This document shows positions 47,124 through 57,329 of a stretch of DNA of 64,000 bases, piece by piece; positions within the stretch are counted from its first letter, which is position 1; each line of letters starts with the position of its first letter. The notes beneath the pieces are model-generated. The model searched no databases and had not been told where the DNA came from. It was given only the letters and a program-made list of their open reading frames with translations. Position numbers and translations under genes: made by a program. The stretch comes from Minisyncoccota bacterium (lineage in GTDB: Bacteria; Patescibacteriota; Microgenomatia; UBA1400; PJMF01): the NCBI GenBank assembly GCA_003173865.1, contig PJMF01000010.1, positions 19,088 through 83,087 on the forward strand. The letters are read 5' to 3'.

Positions 47124-48017
47124 TTAGTTTGCCTTATCCAAAATTGCTTGGAAAGCGGACAATGGTTGGGCACCGACCACTGGCTGCTTCTCGATAAAGA
47201 AGGTTGGCGTACCGTTGGCACCAACTTTTTGGCCAAGTGCAGCTGAGTCATCAACCACTTTGCCGAACTTTTCAGTTTTTACACAGTCCATTAATTGGTC
47301 ACCGTTCATCCCTGCCGCTTTGGCGTACTCACCATATTTTTTAATTGCGTCATCTTTACTTAGGACTGCCCAGTCGTTTTGGTGAGAGAAGAGTGCATCG
47401 TGCATAGCTTCGAGATTCTTATCTTTATTCGCACCCATGAAGCCACCTTGGTCAGCGGCACAACGAGCTGCAAGTGCCCCGATACGAGCATTTGGATGCA
47501 TACTCAATGGCTCATCTTGCATCACTAATTTTAGTTTACCAGTGTCAATATACTGCTTTTTGAGTTGCGGATAGGTCTCGGTAAAGTGACGGCCACAGAA
47601 TGGACATTGATAATCGGTAAACTCCACCATTGTTAACTTTGCATCTTTATTCCCGATGATACCAGATGGATTTTCTTGAATTTTTTGCCAATCAGCGTCG
47701 CTGAGTGGCTGTGCTGGAGCTGCGTCTGGTTGTGCGGCTGGTGCTGCTGCAACTGAACCTCCTTTGACAAAGCCATCTTTGAGCATTTTATTTTCTGTCC
47801 AAATTGAGCCAGCTAAGAAACCTACCATGAAAATCGCGAGTGCCATGAAAAGCAACCCTGCATTATTCATGATAAAAAACATCATTGCATTGGCAGAGTA
47901 CGGTCCAACGGCGCGCATTTCCTTTTTTTCTGGAGTGGTCTTTACAATTTTTTCAGCTTTTGCTGCCGGTACTTTTGCAACTGGTGTTTTTTTGGAACGA
48001 ACTGCTACTTTTGCCAT
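47124..48017 (-). CDS. Membrane-anchored DsbA-family thiol:disulfide oxidoreductase
   Basis: TM helix then thioredoxin fold with CPFC active site. Confidence 0.65.
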   Translation of the reverse strand: MAKVAVRSKKTPVAKVPAAKAEKIVKTTPEKKEMRAVGPYSANAMMFFIMNNAGLLFMALAIFMVGFLAGSIWTENKMLKDGFVKGGSVAAAPAAQPDAAPAQPLSDADWQKIQENPSGIIGNKDAKLTMVEFTDYQCPFCGRHFTETYPQLKKQYIDTGKLKLVMQDEPLSMHPNARIGALAARCAADQGGFMGANKDKNLEAMHDALFSHQNDWAVLSKDDAIKKYGEYAKAAGMNGDQLMDCVKTEKFGKVVDDSAALGQKVGANGTPTFFIEKQPVVGAQPLSAFQAILDKAN

Positions 48018-48220
48018 ACAACCCTTTCATGAAATTGAAGATCTCAATGACCTTACCTTGTTTGGTGCAGGATGTCAAGCGAAGCTCTGGGGATTTTTGA
48101 GGTGGGACACTTCTTTTTTGGCAATATCCCAAAGTTGGTCAAAAATCTCCACGAAGTCGTTTGTTTTTGAGACATTAATGCGACTTTTTGAACTACGTTT
48201 AGTCAACTTTAATATATCGA

Positions 48221-49477
48221 TCAAAAAGGAGTGTCCAACTCTACCTTCCACCCATGCGGATTAATCGGAATCGGCGCGCGAGAACCTCCCTCCAAAGCGC
48301 GAGCATGTGTAAACCAATTAAAATTTTCTTCGTGAATGGCACTTGGAAAAAATAAAAGCCCCGCAACAACTTGCACAAAAAAACAAAAAAGAATCAATGG
48401 CTTTTGAAATTTGCTTTCTGCAAGCGCAACCACGCCCAAAAGCAACACCGCCACGTACGAAATATAAAAATAACGACCGCCCACGTATGTTTCTACTTCG
48501 CCAATTCGCGCAATATCGGCCAACACAATGGGCCGCGCAACCAAGAGCATCAGTACATTCATTACGCAAATTGCAACCACCCAAAACACAAGGGTTTTTT
48601 TCTTTATCACTATGCTATAAGAAATAAAAATAATTCCCGCGGCGAAGACTACAACTAAATACTGCGCTATCAATTGATCTGCAACATTATACGGAATCAA
48701 GTTCTGAATGAGTTCACGCGTTGTGACAACGCGACTCACTTTTTTCCAGTTCAATTCAGGTTTTGCCCCCAATTGCTCTACAGACAAGATATTTGAGGCA
48801 AATGTCGCCGAGTGCACCGTTTGATATTGATTCCAACTATAACTGACTGTCTGCGCTACGATGCCTAGAGCAAATGCGGCTACAAACAAACGCGAAGTTT
48901 TTCCCAAAGTATGCCGCTGTCGCCATGCTTCAAGAAAAACCAACGGCACCATCAAAAACGCCTGCGGACTTGAAACGACTACCAAAAAAATCAGCGTAGA
49001 CCACAACCAACGCAACTTGACATTTTTTGAAGAAAAAAAATGCAACCACACTAATAAATGCAATCCCAGCAAACCAAAGTAGGTGTGAATATTTGCCAAA
49101 TTTCCCAAAATTTCCGGCTGAGAACCACCAGCAGCGGCCAGTACCATCAGCAGCCAACGCAGCTGTTTCTGCGGGATCAACTTTTCATACAACTGCGTGC
49201 CAAAAAATCCAATCATCACAGATGCCATCAACAACGATAAAACATTCCAAATCAGTGGTGTAGCTACATAGAGATGCGAGCCAACCGTCACACCCGCAAT
49301 CAAGCGCTGAATAATTTGCAGATAGCCAAAACTCGGTTTGAATAGGTTTTCCCAAAACGGCAACTGATACGCATCTTTAAAGAAAATCGCTCCATCCTCA
49401 GCCCATAGCTGTGGTACAAGCAACTTCGCTGGTGCGCGCAAAAAAAGAATGACAAAAACAACAAGAATATTCAGCAC
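48221..49477 (-). CDS. Polytopic membrane protein, function unknown
   Basis: 418 aa, roughly 10 predicted TM helices. Confidence 0.4.
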   Translation of the reverse strand: MLNILVVFVILFLRAPAKLLVPQLWAEDGAIFFKDAYQLPFWENLFKPSFGYLQIIQRLIAGVTVGSHLYVATPLIWNVLSLLMASVMIGFFGTQLYEKLIPQKQLRWLLMVLAAAGGSQPEILGNLANIHTYFGLLGLHLLVWLHFFSSKNVKLRWLWSTLIFLVVVSSPQAFLMVPLVFLEAWRQRHTLGKTSRLFVAAFALGIVAQTVSYSWNQYQTVHSATFASNILSVEQLGAKPELNWKKVSRVVTTRELIQNLIPYNVADQLIAQYLVVVFAAGIIFISYSIVIKKKTLVFWVVAICVMNVLMLLVARPIVLADIARIGEVETYVGGRYFYISYVAVLLLGVVALAESKFQKPLILFCFFVQVVAGLLFFPSAIHEENFNWFTHARALEGGSRAPIPINPHGWKVELDTPF

Positions 49478-49486
49478 GAAATTATT

Positions 49487-50776
49487 CTACACCCAGCCAC
49501 GTAACATCATGGCATCGATGACTCGCTTCACTGCTTTCATGTAGGTGGCCATACGTGCGGATTGATTGGTTTGCGTTTTGAGCTCCCACATTTGATCAAA
49601 AGCTGTCTCCATCAATGGCTGTAACTTGGCCAGCACTTCTTCTTTCTTCCAATAATATCCTTGCAGATTTTGGACCCATTCAAAGTAGGAAGTCGTCACA
49701 CCGCCGGCATTTGCTAACACATCCGCAATCACCGTCACTCCATTTTTTTCTAAGATTTGATCTGCTTCTGGTGTCACTGGACCATTTGCCATCTCAATAA
49801 TCGCTTTCGCTTTAATTTGGGCCGCATTTTGATCAGTGATGACGTTTTCGAGAGCTGAAGGTACCACAATTTCAACCGGCAGTTCCAGCAACGCTTCGTT
49901 TGTGATCGTCTGGACACTTGCCTTTACCGAACCAAGTTTGCCATTTTGTTTTTTGTACTCAGCAACTTCAACAGGATCAAGACCGCCATCGGCATATATC
50001 CCACCTTTGGAATCCGAAACAGCCACAACTTTATACCCCAAACGGTGTGCATGAAATGCAAACCAATATCCAACGTTGCCAAATCCCTGGATTGCTACCC
50101 TCACTTCATTTTTTGGTTTTGCGGAAAAAAGTTTAGCGACCAAACGCTCCAATACAAAGACACCACCAAGACCAGTTGCTTCTTCGCGACCCTCAGAGCC
50201 TCCGAGACCAAGTGGCTTGCCTGTAAAAGTTGCAAGTGGATTCGCTTGAAGTGATTCTCCTTTCGCAATTTTCACTTTTTGCCATTCATCTACCATCCAC
50301 GACATAATTTCACCAGTTGTGTTGACATCAGGTGCAGGCACATCCACCCATGGGCCAACATGATCGGCAACTAAACGCGCAAAGGCGCGACTCAGCTCTT
50401 GCAGTTCGCGCGAACTTAATTTGCGCGGGTCAACTACTACGCCGCCCTTTCCACCCCCATACGGAATCTCCGTCACTGCACATTTCCACGTCATCCACGT
50501 TGAAAGCGCCATTACTTCTTCTTTTGTCACTCCCGGATGAAAACGAATCCCACCTTTGTATGGTCCACGCGCATTATTGTGTTGTGAACGATACGCTTGA
50601 AACTCTTGCGTTGAACCATCGTCCATTGTGATTTGTAACTTGCCTTCGATAATTTGGTCTGGATTTTTAAGGCGAGCAATTGCCGCATCGAAGCGATTTT
50701 TATCTGGGTAGAGCGGCGCGAGCAGCGCCGCGACTTCGTCAATTTGTTTCACTGCATTTTCATGAGGGTTGTTCAT
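49487..50776 (-). CDS. gdhA: NADP-specific glutamate dehydrogenase
   Basis: KGGIRFHP; GGGKGG; NAD(P)-binding GFGNVG. Confidence 0.9.
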   Translation of the reverse strand: MNNPHENAVKQIDEVAALLAPLYPDKNRFDAAIARLKNPDQIIEGKLQITMDDGSTQEFQAYRSQHNNARGPYKGGIRFHPGVTKEEVMALSTWMTWKCAVTEIPYGGGKGGVVVDPRKLSSRELQELSRAFARLVADHVGPWVDVPAPDVNTTGEIMSWMVDEWQKVKIAKGESLQANPLATFTGKPLGLGGSEGREEATGLGGVFVLERLVAKLFSAKPKNEVRVAIQGFGNVGYWFAFHAHRLGYKVVAVSDSKGGIYADGGLDPVEVAEYKKQNGKLGSVKASVQTITNEALLELPVEIVVPSALENVITDQNAAQIKAKAIIEMANGPVTPEADQILEKNGVTVIADVLANAGGVTTSYFEWVQNLQGYYWKKEEVLAKLQPLMETAFDQMWELKTQTNQSARMATYMKAVKRVIDAMMLRGWV

Positions 50777-50928
50777 CTATTTCTCCAGTTCTTTTCTATT
50801 TTTATTATTCACTCACTAGTCTCTAGTACTAAATATGGTATTCATACGAAGGAAAGACTTGAAAGCTGTGTGAGTGTCTGCGAAAAACTCTGGTGCGATC
50901 TCGTCTTTCTGGAGTATGAATACCATAC

Positions 50929-51996
50929 TCATCTCATTTCTAACCATCGTTCGGCATCGATTGCGGCACTCGATCCTTGACCAGCCGCGGTAATTGCTTG
51001 CCAAAATCGCACGTCCACCACATCACCGGCGGCAAACACTCCTTCGACTGATGTCATCGTGGGATATCGTACAATACCTTCTTCGTTGAATGCATTTCCA
51101 GCCATTTCAACTCCAGCTTTGGTTAAACTTTGACGTGTCAAAATAAATCCATGCTTATCTAATTGCAGTTCATTGTGAAAAATTTTGGTCATTGGCTGAT
51201 GACCGATTGCCACAAATACACCGTCGATTGGCATCACTGTCTCTTTGTTCTCAACCGCATTCATGAGCACAACTTCTTTGACAGCGCCTTCACCGCGAAT
51301 CTCTTTAATCGTAGTGTTATAGAGAAATGTCACTTTCGAATTACTTTGCAAACGTTCTTGCATGACTTTACTCGCGCGCAGTTTATCGGTACGGACCAGA
51401 ATCGTCACTGTTTTTGCAAACTTTGTGAGCGCAAGTGCATCTTCCATCGCAGTATCACCACCACCAACGACGATTGTGTTTTTTTCACGATAAAAAGCCG
51501 CATCACATACTGCACATGTGCTCACACCTCGGCCGAGAAATTCTTTTTCTCCCGGCACCCCAAGTGCTTTTGACTGTGAACCAACTGCCAAAATCACTGC
51601 ATCAGCTTCTACATCATGCATTTTTGCTTTAATACTCTGCGTAAAAACTGCGATTTCTTCTGGTGTACCCTTTTCTAAAATTTCCCCAGTTGCACCTTCT
51701 GGAAATGAGGCCCAGAGTTTAAAAGGTCGCTGACTAAAATCCACTGCTGTGACGTATTTTTCCTGCATTTGTGCGCCAAACTTCTCAGCTTGCGAGCGCA
51801 TATTCATCATCAATTGCGGGCCTTCAATACCTTCTGGAAACCCAGGAAAATTTTCAATCACGGTAGTGTACATCAATTGGCCACCTTGTTTTTCACCGGT
51901 AAAAACAAGCGGTGCTAAGTTAGCCCGCGCTGTGTACAGCGCGGCCGTGTATCCAGAGGGACCACTGCCAATGATTGCGACTTTGGTTTTTTGCAT
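50929..51996 (-). CDS. trxB: Thioredoxin reductase
   Basis: FAD motif GSGPSGYTAA, redox CAVCD, NAD motif GGGDTAMEDA. Confidence 0.85.
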   Translation of the reverse strand: MQKTKVAIIGSGPSGYTAALYTARANLAPLVFTGEKQGGQLMYTTVIENFPGFPEGIEGPQLMMNMRSQAEKFGAQMQEKYVTAVDFSQRPFKLWASFPEGATGEILEKGTPEEIAVFTQSIKAKMHDVEADAVILAVGSQSKALGVPGEKEFLGRGVSTCAVCDAAFYREKNTIVVGGGDTAMEDALALTKFAKTVTILVRTDKLRASKVMQERLQSNSKVTFLYNTTIKEIRGEGAVKEVVLMNAVENKETVMPIDGVFVAIGHQPMTKIFHNELQLDKHGFILTRQSLTKAGVEMAGNAFNEEGIVRYPTMTSVEGVFAAGDVVDVRFWQAITAAGQGSSAAIDAERWLEMR

Positions 51997-52013
51997 AATT
52001 TTTTTCTCTCGAA

Positions 52014-52379
52014 TTACGCCACTTTCCCAAGCATCTCACGATATCCCTGTTCACCAGGAAAACCAATTTTGCGATCAACTTCTTTCATTTCATCGCCAAC
52101 TTTGTTGAACATAACGACGGTGGGAATACTCATCACGCCGTATTTCTGCGCGGTCGCTGAGTTTTCATCAACATCAAGTTTGACAATTTCGACCTTGCCA
52201 CGGAACTCATCCGACAATTTGTCCACGATCGGAGCTGCTAACTTGCATGGACCACACCACTCAGCATAGAAATCAACGAAGACAGGGGTTTTGCTATTTT
52301 TTAATAATTGATCAAAGTCAGCGTCACCCACGTGAGCTGCACCTTTTTTCATTGTTTGTTGTGTTTGAGTATCAGACAT
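52014..52379 (-). CDS. trxA: Thioredoxin
   Basis: WCGPCK active site. Confidence 0.85.
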   Translation of the reverse strand: MSDTQTQQTMKKGAAHVGDADFDQLLKNSKTPVFVDFYAEWCGPCKLAAPIVDKLSDEFRGKVEIVKLDVDENSATAQKYGVMSIPTVVMFNKVGDEMKEVDRKIGFPGEQGYREMLGKVA

Positions 52380-52393
52380 ACTCCTCCTTTTAA

Positions 52394-52648
52394 TTAATAT
52401 CGAAATGCTTCTCGTAAAATCTCATCCATCTCTTCTACTTTGCGCTCCTTGTGACAACGACTCGCTTCGCCAGAAAGCAGTTTGCGTACTACAGTGCCGA
52501 GTGAGTTACGAACAGCAATTACTTGGCGCACAATATCAACGCAACTCTGCTCTTGTTCGTACATTGAAATCACACCATCGATTTGACCGCGAATGCGTTT
52601 GAGCTGAACGAGTATTTCATCGGGAGCTTGGGACATACGAGAGAGCAT
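52394..52648 (-). CDS. CsoR/RcnR/FrmR-family metal- or redox-sensing repressor
   Basis: LKRIRGQIDGVISMYEQEQSCVDIVRQVIAVRNSL is the DUF156 signature; candidate sensing residues C...CH. Confidence 0.65.
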   Translation of the reverse strand: MLSRMSQAPDEILVQLKRIRGQIDGVISMYEQEQSCVDIVRQVIAVRNSLGTVVRKLLSGEASRCHKERKVEEMDEILREAFRY

Positions 52649-52663
52649 ACCCCTAGGGGGTAT
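52647..52663. promoter_or_regulatory. GC-rich palindrome ATACCCC-TAG-GGGGTAT, CsoR-operator-like, at the csoR start
   Basis: Perfect 7-bp arms resembling known CsoR operators (TACCC...GGGTA). Overlaps the first ATG; a second in-frame ATG lies 12 nt downstream. Confidence 0.45.
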
Positions 52664-52745
52664 ACAGTGTCAAGCTGGAGTTTGAAGAGAACCGCTTTTT
52701 TTCCCCGCCACTCTTTGCTGTTCGCGGCGGAAGTTTACCCAGCAC

Positions 52746-54560
52746 TTAAAACTTCGCTTGCTGCCTCGCTCGCAACTGCACAATTTTGCGCAATAACTCT
52801 GCGTGCCGCAGTTCATCGTCGGCAGTTTTTTCATTTTTTTGTTCGAGTTGATCGAGTTCTGCGCCCATTTCATTGACTTCTTCAGCAATATCTAAATTGA
52901 TGAGTTCTTGAATAGATTTTTTCCATTCTTTTTCAAAATCAAGTTCTGCAGCCATTTCCACATATTTTTTATTCATCGATACATCCATTAATAACTGCTG
53001 CAAATCTTCTGGTAAACTTTTTGCAAAATCCGCTAAGTGGAAAGGCTCGGTCTGAGCGATTATTTGGTTTATTAATTGTCGCAAAGCATTTCGTGCAAAA
53101 TGAACATGCTTTAGCTGTTCTGCTCTCGCAAAAATTTGTTCTTCTACACCGTTGAACAACAAAAATAAAACATATTCTTCCAGGCGTGATTTACGCGTTT
53201 CTTTTTCAGGGAGTTCTTTTTCTTCGGTTACTTGTGGTTTTGGCGATGGAGTGCGCAACAAACCAGCGCGTTTCACCTGTTTAAATTTTTCTAAGTCAGC
53301 TTTGACAATGCTTGTTTTCACTTGCAGTGCAGTCGCCAACTTTTCGACATAATACTCCAGCTCAACTGCATGTGAAATTCCACCAAAAATTGGCGCTAAT
53401 TCATCAATAATTTTTCGTTTTCCTTCTGGAGTTTCTGCATTATGGCTTTTCAAAGAAGCTGCTAAGAAAAAATCATAAACTGAGATAGATGACTTCACGA
53501 TGTGTCGCCATTCTTGTGGTTGCGTTCGAGCCAGCTCATCAGGATCTTTCGAGTTTAATTCTGCTGGTAAACGAATCACGCGCAGTTCCAAACCAAATGG
53601 TTTGGCCACTTCAATCGCCCGCTTCGTTGCGGTGATACCAGCACTATCCATATCAAAACTTAAAATTATTTTGTTCACCGTGCGACTGAGTAACTTCATT
53701 TGCTGATCGGTAAGTACTGATCCCTTCACTGCTACCACATTATTCACATGCGCTTGCGCTGACGAAATCACATCGAACTCACCTTCGACAATCAGCACTT
53801 CATTTTCTTTGCGCAAAAATTGATAGAGTTGCGAGTACCCAAACAGCATTTCGCTTTTGTGATACACCATTGTCTCGGGGCTATTAATATACTTGGCTTC
53901 TTTTGTCTCTTTTTCCAAGACACGACCAGAGAAACCAACCACACGGCCGCGATGATCAGTCAACGGAAACATGACCCGACCACGGAATCGATCATAGTAA
54001 CGACCCCCATTGCCTTTGATGATGAGGCCCGCGGCCTCCAAATCACTCAGAGAATATTTTTTCTTTTCATGCAAATACTTAATGACGCCATCCCATCCTG
54101 GTAAGGAAAAGCCAATTTGAAACAACTTGATCGAGTCATTTGTGATACCACGCCCCTGCAGATACTTCAGCGCCACTTCACCCGTTTTATGTTTTGTCAG
54201 TAAAAAGTGATAGTACTCTTTGGCTAAATCTAAAATTTCTAAGACGCGTTTACGCGTATCATCCTCAGCAGAAAAAGATTGTTTTGTCAACGTAATTCCA
54301 GCACGTTCAGCCAATGTTTGTAACGCTTCTGCGAATGTCATGCCTTCATATTTTTCTAAAAATGTAAAAACGTCACCTGTTTCTTGACACCCAAAACAGC
54401 GATATCGTTGAATCTGTTCACTGACAAAGAACGAAGGAGATTTCTCAGAATGAAAGGGACACAAACCACGCCAACTCGAACCCGATCGTTGAAGTGTGAC
54501 CTTCTCGCCGATCAGTTGCACAATATCAGTAGCGTTTTTGACGTCTTGAACTTGGGACAT
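52746..54560 (-). CDS. dnaG: DNA primase
   Basis: Zinc ribbon CPFHSEKSPSF...CFGC; TOPRIM EGEFDVIS. Confidence 0.9.
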   Translation of the reverse strand: MSQVQDVKNATDIVQLIGEKVTLQRSGSSWRGLCPFHSEKSPSFFVSEQIQRYRCFGCQETGDVFTFLEKYEGMTFAEALQTLAERAGITLTKQSFSAEDDTRKRVLEILDLAKEYYHFLLTKHKTGEVALKYLQGRGITNDSIKLFQIGFSLPGWDGVIKYLHEKKKYSLSDLEAAGLIIKGNGGRYYDRFRGRVMFPLTDHRGRVVGFSGRVLEKETKEAKYINSPETMVYHKSEMLFGYSQLYQFLRKENEVLIVEGEFDVISSAQAHVNNVVAVKGSVLTDQQMKLLSRTVNKIILSFDMDSAGITATKRAIEVAKPFGLELRVIRLPAELNSKDPDELARTQPQEWRHIVKSSISVYDFFLAASLKSHNAETPEGKRKIIDELAPIFGGISHAVELEYYVEKLATALQVKTSIVKADLEKFKQVKRAGLLRTPSPKPQVTEEKELPEKETRKSRLEEYVLFLLFNGVEEQIFARAEQLKHVHFARNALRQLINQIIAQTEPFHLADFAKSLPEDLQQLLMDVSMNKKYVEMAAELDFEKEWKKSIQELINLDIAEEVNEMGAELDQLEQKNEKTADDELRHAELLRKIVQLRARQQAKF

Positions 54561-54607
54561 GAAGGTAACTTCATTTTACCAGTAAACCCGAAAGAAAGGA
54601 AAAGATA

Positions 54608-55249
54608 TTACACTTTGTGTTGCCGCGCTTTTATCAACTCAATCGCAACCGGCACCACCGACACCAAAATGATCGCAACCATTGCTAATTCAAAGTGATC
54701 ACGGACAACGGGAATATTGCCAAAGAAAAATCCGGCGAGTGTAAATAAAAGCACCCATAATACGCCACCAAGCAAGTTATACATTAAAAATGTCATGTAA
54801 CTCATCTGACTAATTCCAGCCACAAATGGTGCAAATGTGCGGACGATTGGCACAAAGCGCGACAATACAATCGCAAATGCACCGTGCTTTTCATAAAATT
54901 CATGTGCTTTTTTCAAGTGAGCTTTTTTGATGAAACGATTGTCTCTCTCAAAAATTTGCGGACCAACGAAGCGGCCAATCCAGTAGTTCACTGTGTCACC
55001 AAGAAATGCAGCAACAATACTTACCGCTAAAACCCTCCAGATATTAAACGCGCCAAACGAAGAAAGCGACCCAGCCGCAAATAACAGCGAATCACCAGGC
55101 AAAAATGGCATCAGCACAAAACCAGTTTCCATAAACAAAATCCCAAACAAAAATGCATAACTGAGCATGCCGTACTGCTGCGTCACGAACAAAAGATTTT
55201 TGTCGATATGAAGAACAAAATCCATCACCGACTTTACTGCATTAAGCAT
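54608..55249 (-). CDS. DedA/SNARE-associated family membrane protein
   Basis: FGILFMETGFVLMPFLPGDSLLFAAG is the DedA signature. Confidence 0.7.
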   Translation of the reverse strand: MLNAVKSVMDFVLHIDKNLLFVTQQYGMLSYAFLFGILFMETGFVLMPFLPGDSLLFAAGSLSSFGAFNIWRVLAVSIVAAFLGDTVNYWIGRFVGPQIFERDNRFIKKAHLKKAHEFYEKHGAFAIVLSRFVPIVRTFAPFVAGISQMSYMTFLMYNLLGGVLWVLLFTLAGFFFGNIPVVRDHFELAMVAIILVSVVPVAIELIKARQHKV

Positions 55250-56444
55250 ACGTTTCCTTTACTTTTTGAGGGACTGATATCACAAGCAAAACGAGACACA
55301 GTATAACCAGAATCGACTCAGAAACAAAGGGCAAACCATATGCATATTGATATAGCCACGCTGCCAGCAATGGTCCAGCAATTCTTGTTAATGACTGCAT
55401 CCCTTGATTGGTGCCGTGAATTCTCCCTTGCATAGAAGGAGAGACTACATTCGAAATCAATCCCGCAAATGATGGTTCAAAGAATCCATCACCCAACGTG
55501 ACCATAATTACACTCACATATAGTAAAAATGGAATTGGCAGTACAGAAGTGCTTCCCTCCATCATGAACCCAACCGCACATAATACCAATCCAACGATCG
55601 CAACTTTTTCATCTCCCCAGAGAGGCAAAAGTTTAGGTACTAAAAAACCCATCGAGACAATATCAATCAAACCGACTAAAAATAAAATCCAGCCAATGTG
55701 AGTGACATCCCATGAAAAAACATCTTTAAAAAAGACTGACGCGTTCCCTTGTAACATTGATAGGGCGAGAAAAAAAATCGCACCGGAGATGAACAGACGC
55801 CGCAAAACTTTGATCCCGATAATTGTTTTAAATTGGTTGAATGGATTCATGTGTTCCCAATTTAATTTTGATATCTTATGTTCGTGTCGCAAGCTCTCTG
55901 GCAAAATCACGTACCCCCAAACCATGTTTGCTAAAGTGATCGCCGCCGCAAAGTAAAGTGGAGCCACCAAGCTAAAATGAGCAATCACTCCACCAATGGC
56001 TGGTCCAATCATAAATCCCACACCACCTGCCGCACCCAGCCAACCAAAGTACTTGCCACGATCTTTTGGCTCGGTAATATCAGCCATGTACGCATACAAA
56101 GTACTAATGTTGCCACCCGTCAGACCATCAATGATTCTTCCCAGAAAAAGAATCCAGATACTTCCACCTAAAGCAAACAATAAATAGCCAATAATCGAAC
56201 CCAGTAAACTCACCAGCAAAATTGGCCGTCGACCAAAACGATCACTGAGTGCGCCGAGCACTGGAGCTCCAAAAAATTGACACAATGCGTACACTGAGAT
56301 CAAGAAACCAACATAGAGCGCCACTACTCCATGTTGATTTTCCCCAATGTGCTGTTGCACCAAAAAAGGAACGACCGGAATAATGATGCTAAAACCCATA
56401 AACGTCAAAAAAGTAGTAAAGAGGATAAAGCTGAGTTGTTTCAT
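55242..56444 (-). CDS. MFS transporter
   Basis: 12 TM helices; GALSDRFGRRP motif A. Confidence 0.75.
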   Translation of the reverse strand: MKQLSFILFTTFLTFMGFSIIIPVVPFLVQQHIGENQHGVVALYVGFLISVYALCQFFGAPVLGALSDRFGRRPILLVSLLGSIIGYLLFALGGSIWILFLGRIIDGLTGGNISTLYAYMADITEPKDRGKYFGWLGAAGGVGFMIGPAIGGVIAHFSLVAPLYFAAAITLANMVWGYVILPESLRHEHKISKLNWEHMNPFNQFKTIIGIKVLRRLFISGAIFFLALSMLQGNASVFFKDVFSWDVTHIGWILFLVGLIDIVSMGFLVPKLLPLWGDEKVAIVGLVLCAVGFMMEGSTSVLPIPFLLYVSVIMVTLGDGFFEPSFAGLISNVVSPSMQGRIHGTNQGMQSLTRIAGPLLAAWLYQYAYGLPFVSESILVILCLVLLVISVPQKVKETYA

Positions 56445-56495
56445 GAAGCACTTATTATATTACAGAATAAATCTTGGCATGTTTTAGGAAATAAA

Positions 56496-56525
56496 AAAAA
56501 TCCTCAGCAAATGCTGAGGATTTTT
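56496..56525. terminator. Bidirectional hairpin terminator
   Basis: AAAAATCCTCAGC-aaat-GCTGAGGATTTTT. Confidence 0.6.
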
Positions 56526-56729
56526 GATTTGACTTACTGTTGGTACAGAAGAGAGCCGAATTTGCGAATTACAGTAATTTTATCACAAAATTCCGATGTG
56601 GAGGTAAGGAGAATCGAAACCCCCACATCGTTTTCGAGAATAAGTCACAATGAGGTTGCTTTTTAAACCCAAAAACCGCGATCAAAAAAGAGGGAAAAGA
56701 TGTAAAATAGAAAGCTCTAAGCAAAGTTT

Positions 56730-56817
56730 GGAGGTGTCGCATAGTGGTCAATTGCACACGCCTGGAAAGCGTGATCCTTCACGGGATACAAGGGTTCGAA
56801 CCCCTTCACCTCCGCCC
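56730..56817 (+). tRNA. tRNA-Ser (GGA), type II with long variable arm
   Basis: GGAGGUG...anticodon stem CACGC-CUGGAAA-GCGUG (anticodon GGA), variable hairpin AUCCUUCACGGGAU, T arm AAGGG-UUCGAAC-CCCUU, acceptor CACCUCC-G. Confidence 0.8.
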
Positions 56818-56836
56818 ACTGCAGTTCTCTCACCCC

Positions 56837-57184
56837 TTACTTAAATATCCCCAATAAGGATTGAATCAAGCTCTGTAAACCCAAGACTCGGGCGACAAAA
56901 TTGAAGATCGAAAAAACAATACCTACCATTACACTGGCTCCTATGGTTACTCCCAATCCTGTCAAGAGCCCCCGCATGAAAACTTGATACCAAGAATTTT
57001 GCCTGTGGAGTTGAACAGCAATTTTTTCAAGTTCCTGAGCTACTTCTCTCTTTTTTTCCATAGCCATCACAATAACTATCAAAATAGTAGTACTAAAGCA
57101 AGCGTGAAGCAAGAGAAAAATGTAGGAGGTGAAATTAGTTATGGGACATAAAAAACATACTCTAGATATCTCTACAACCTGCAA
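56837..57184 (-). CDS. Small membrane protein, unknown
   Basis: 115 aa, 3 TM helices. Confidence 0.3.
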   Translation of the reverse strand: MQVVEISRVCFLCPITNFTSYIFLLLHACFSTTILIVIVMAMEKKREVAQELEKIAVQLHRQNSWYQVFMRGLLTGLGVTIGASVMVGIVFSIFNFVARVLGLQSLIQSLLGIFK

Positions 57185-57329
57185 ACGGCTTTCCAGCCGT
57201 ATCCTATATCTTTTTTGACCAAACTATGGGAAAATAGTACTATCAGTATACATTTGAGCGTAAATAGATAATGTAGTGTCTGTTTCTAGGCTTTTAGCCT
57301 GGTAAATCAGGCAAAATTGCATAACAGAC

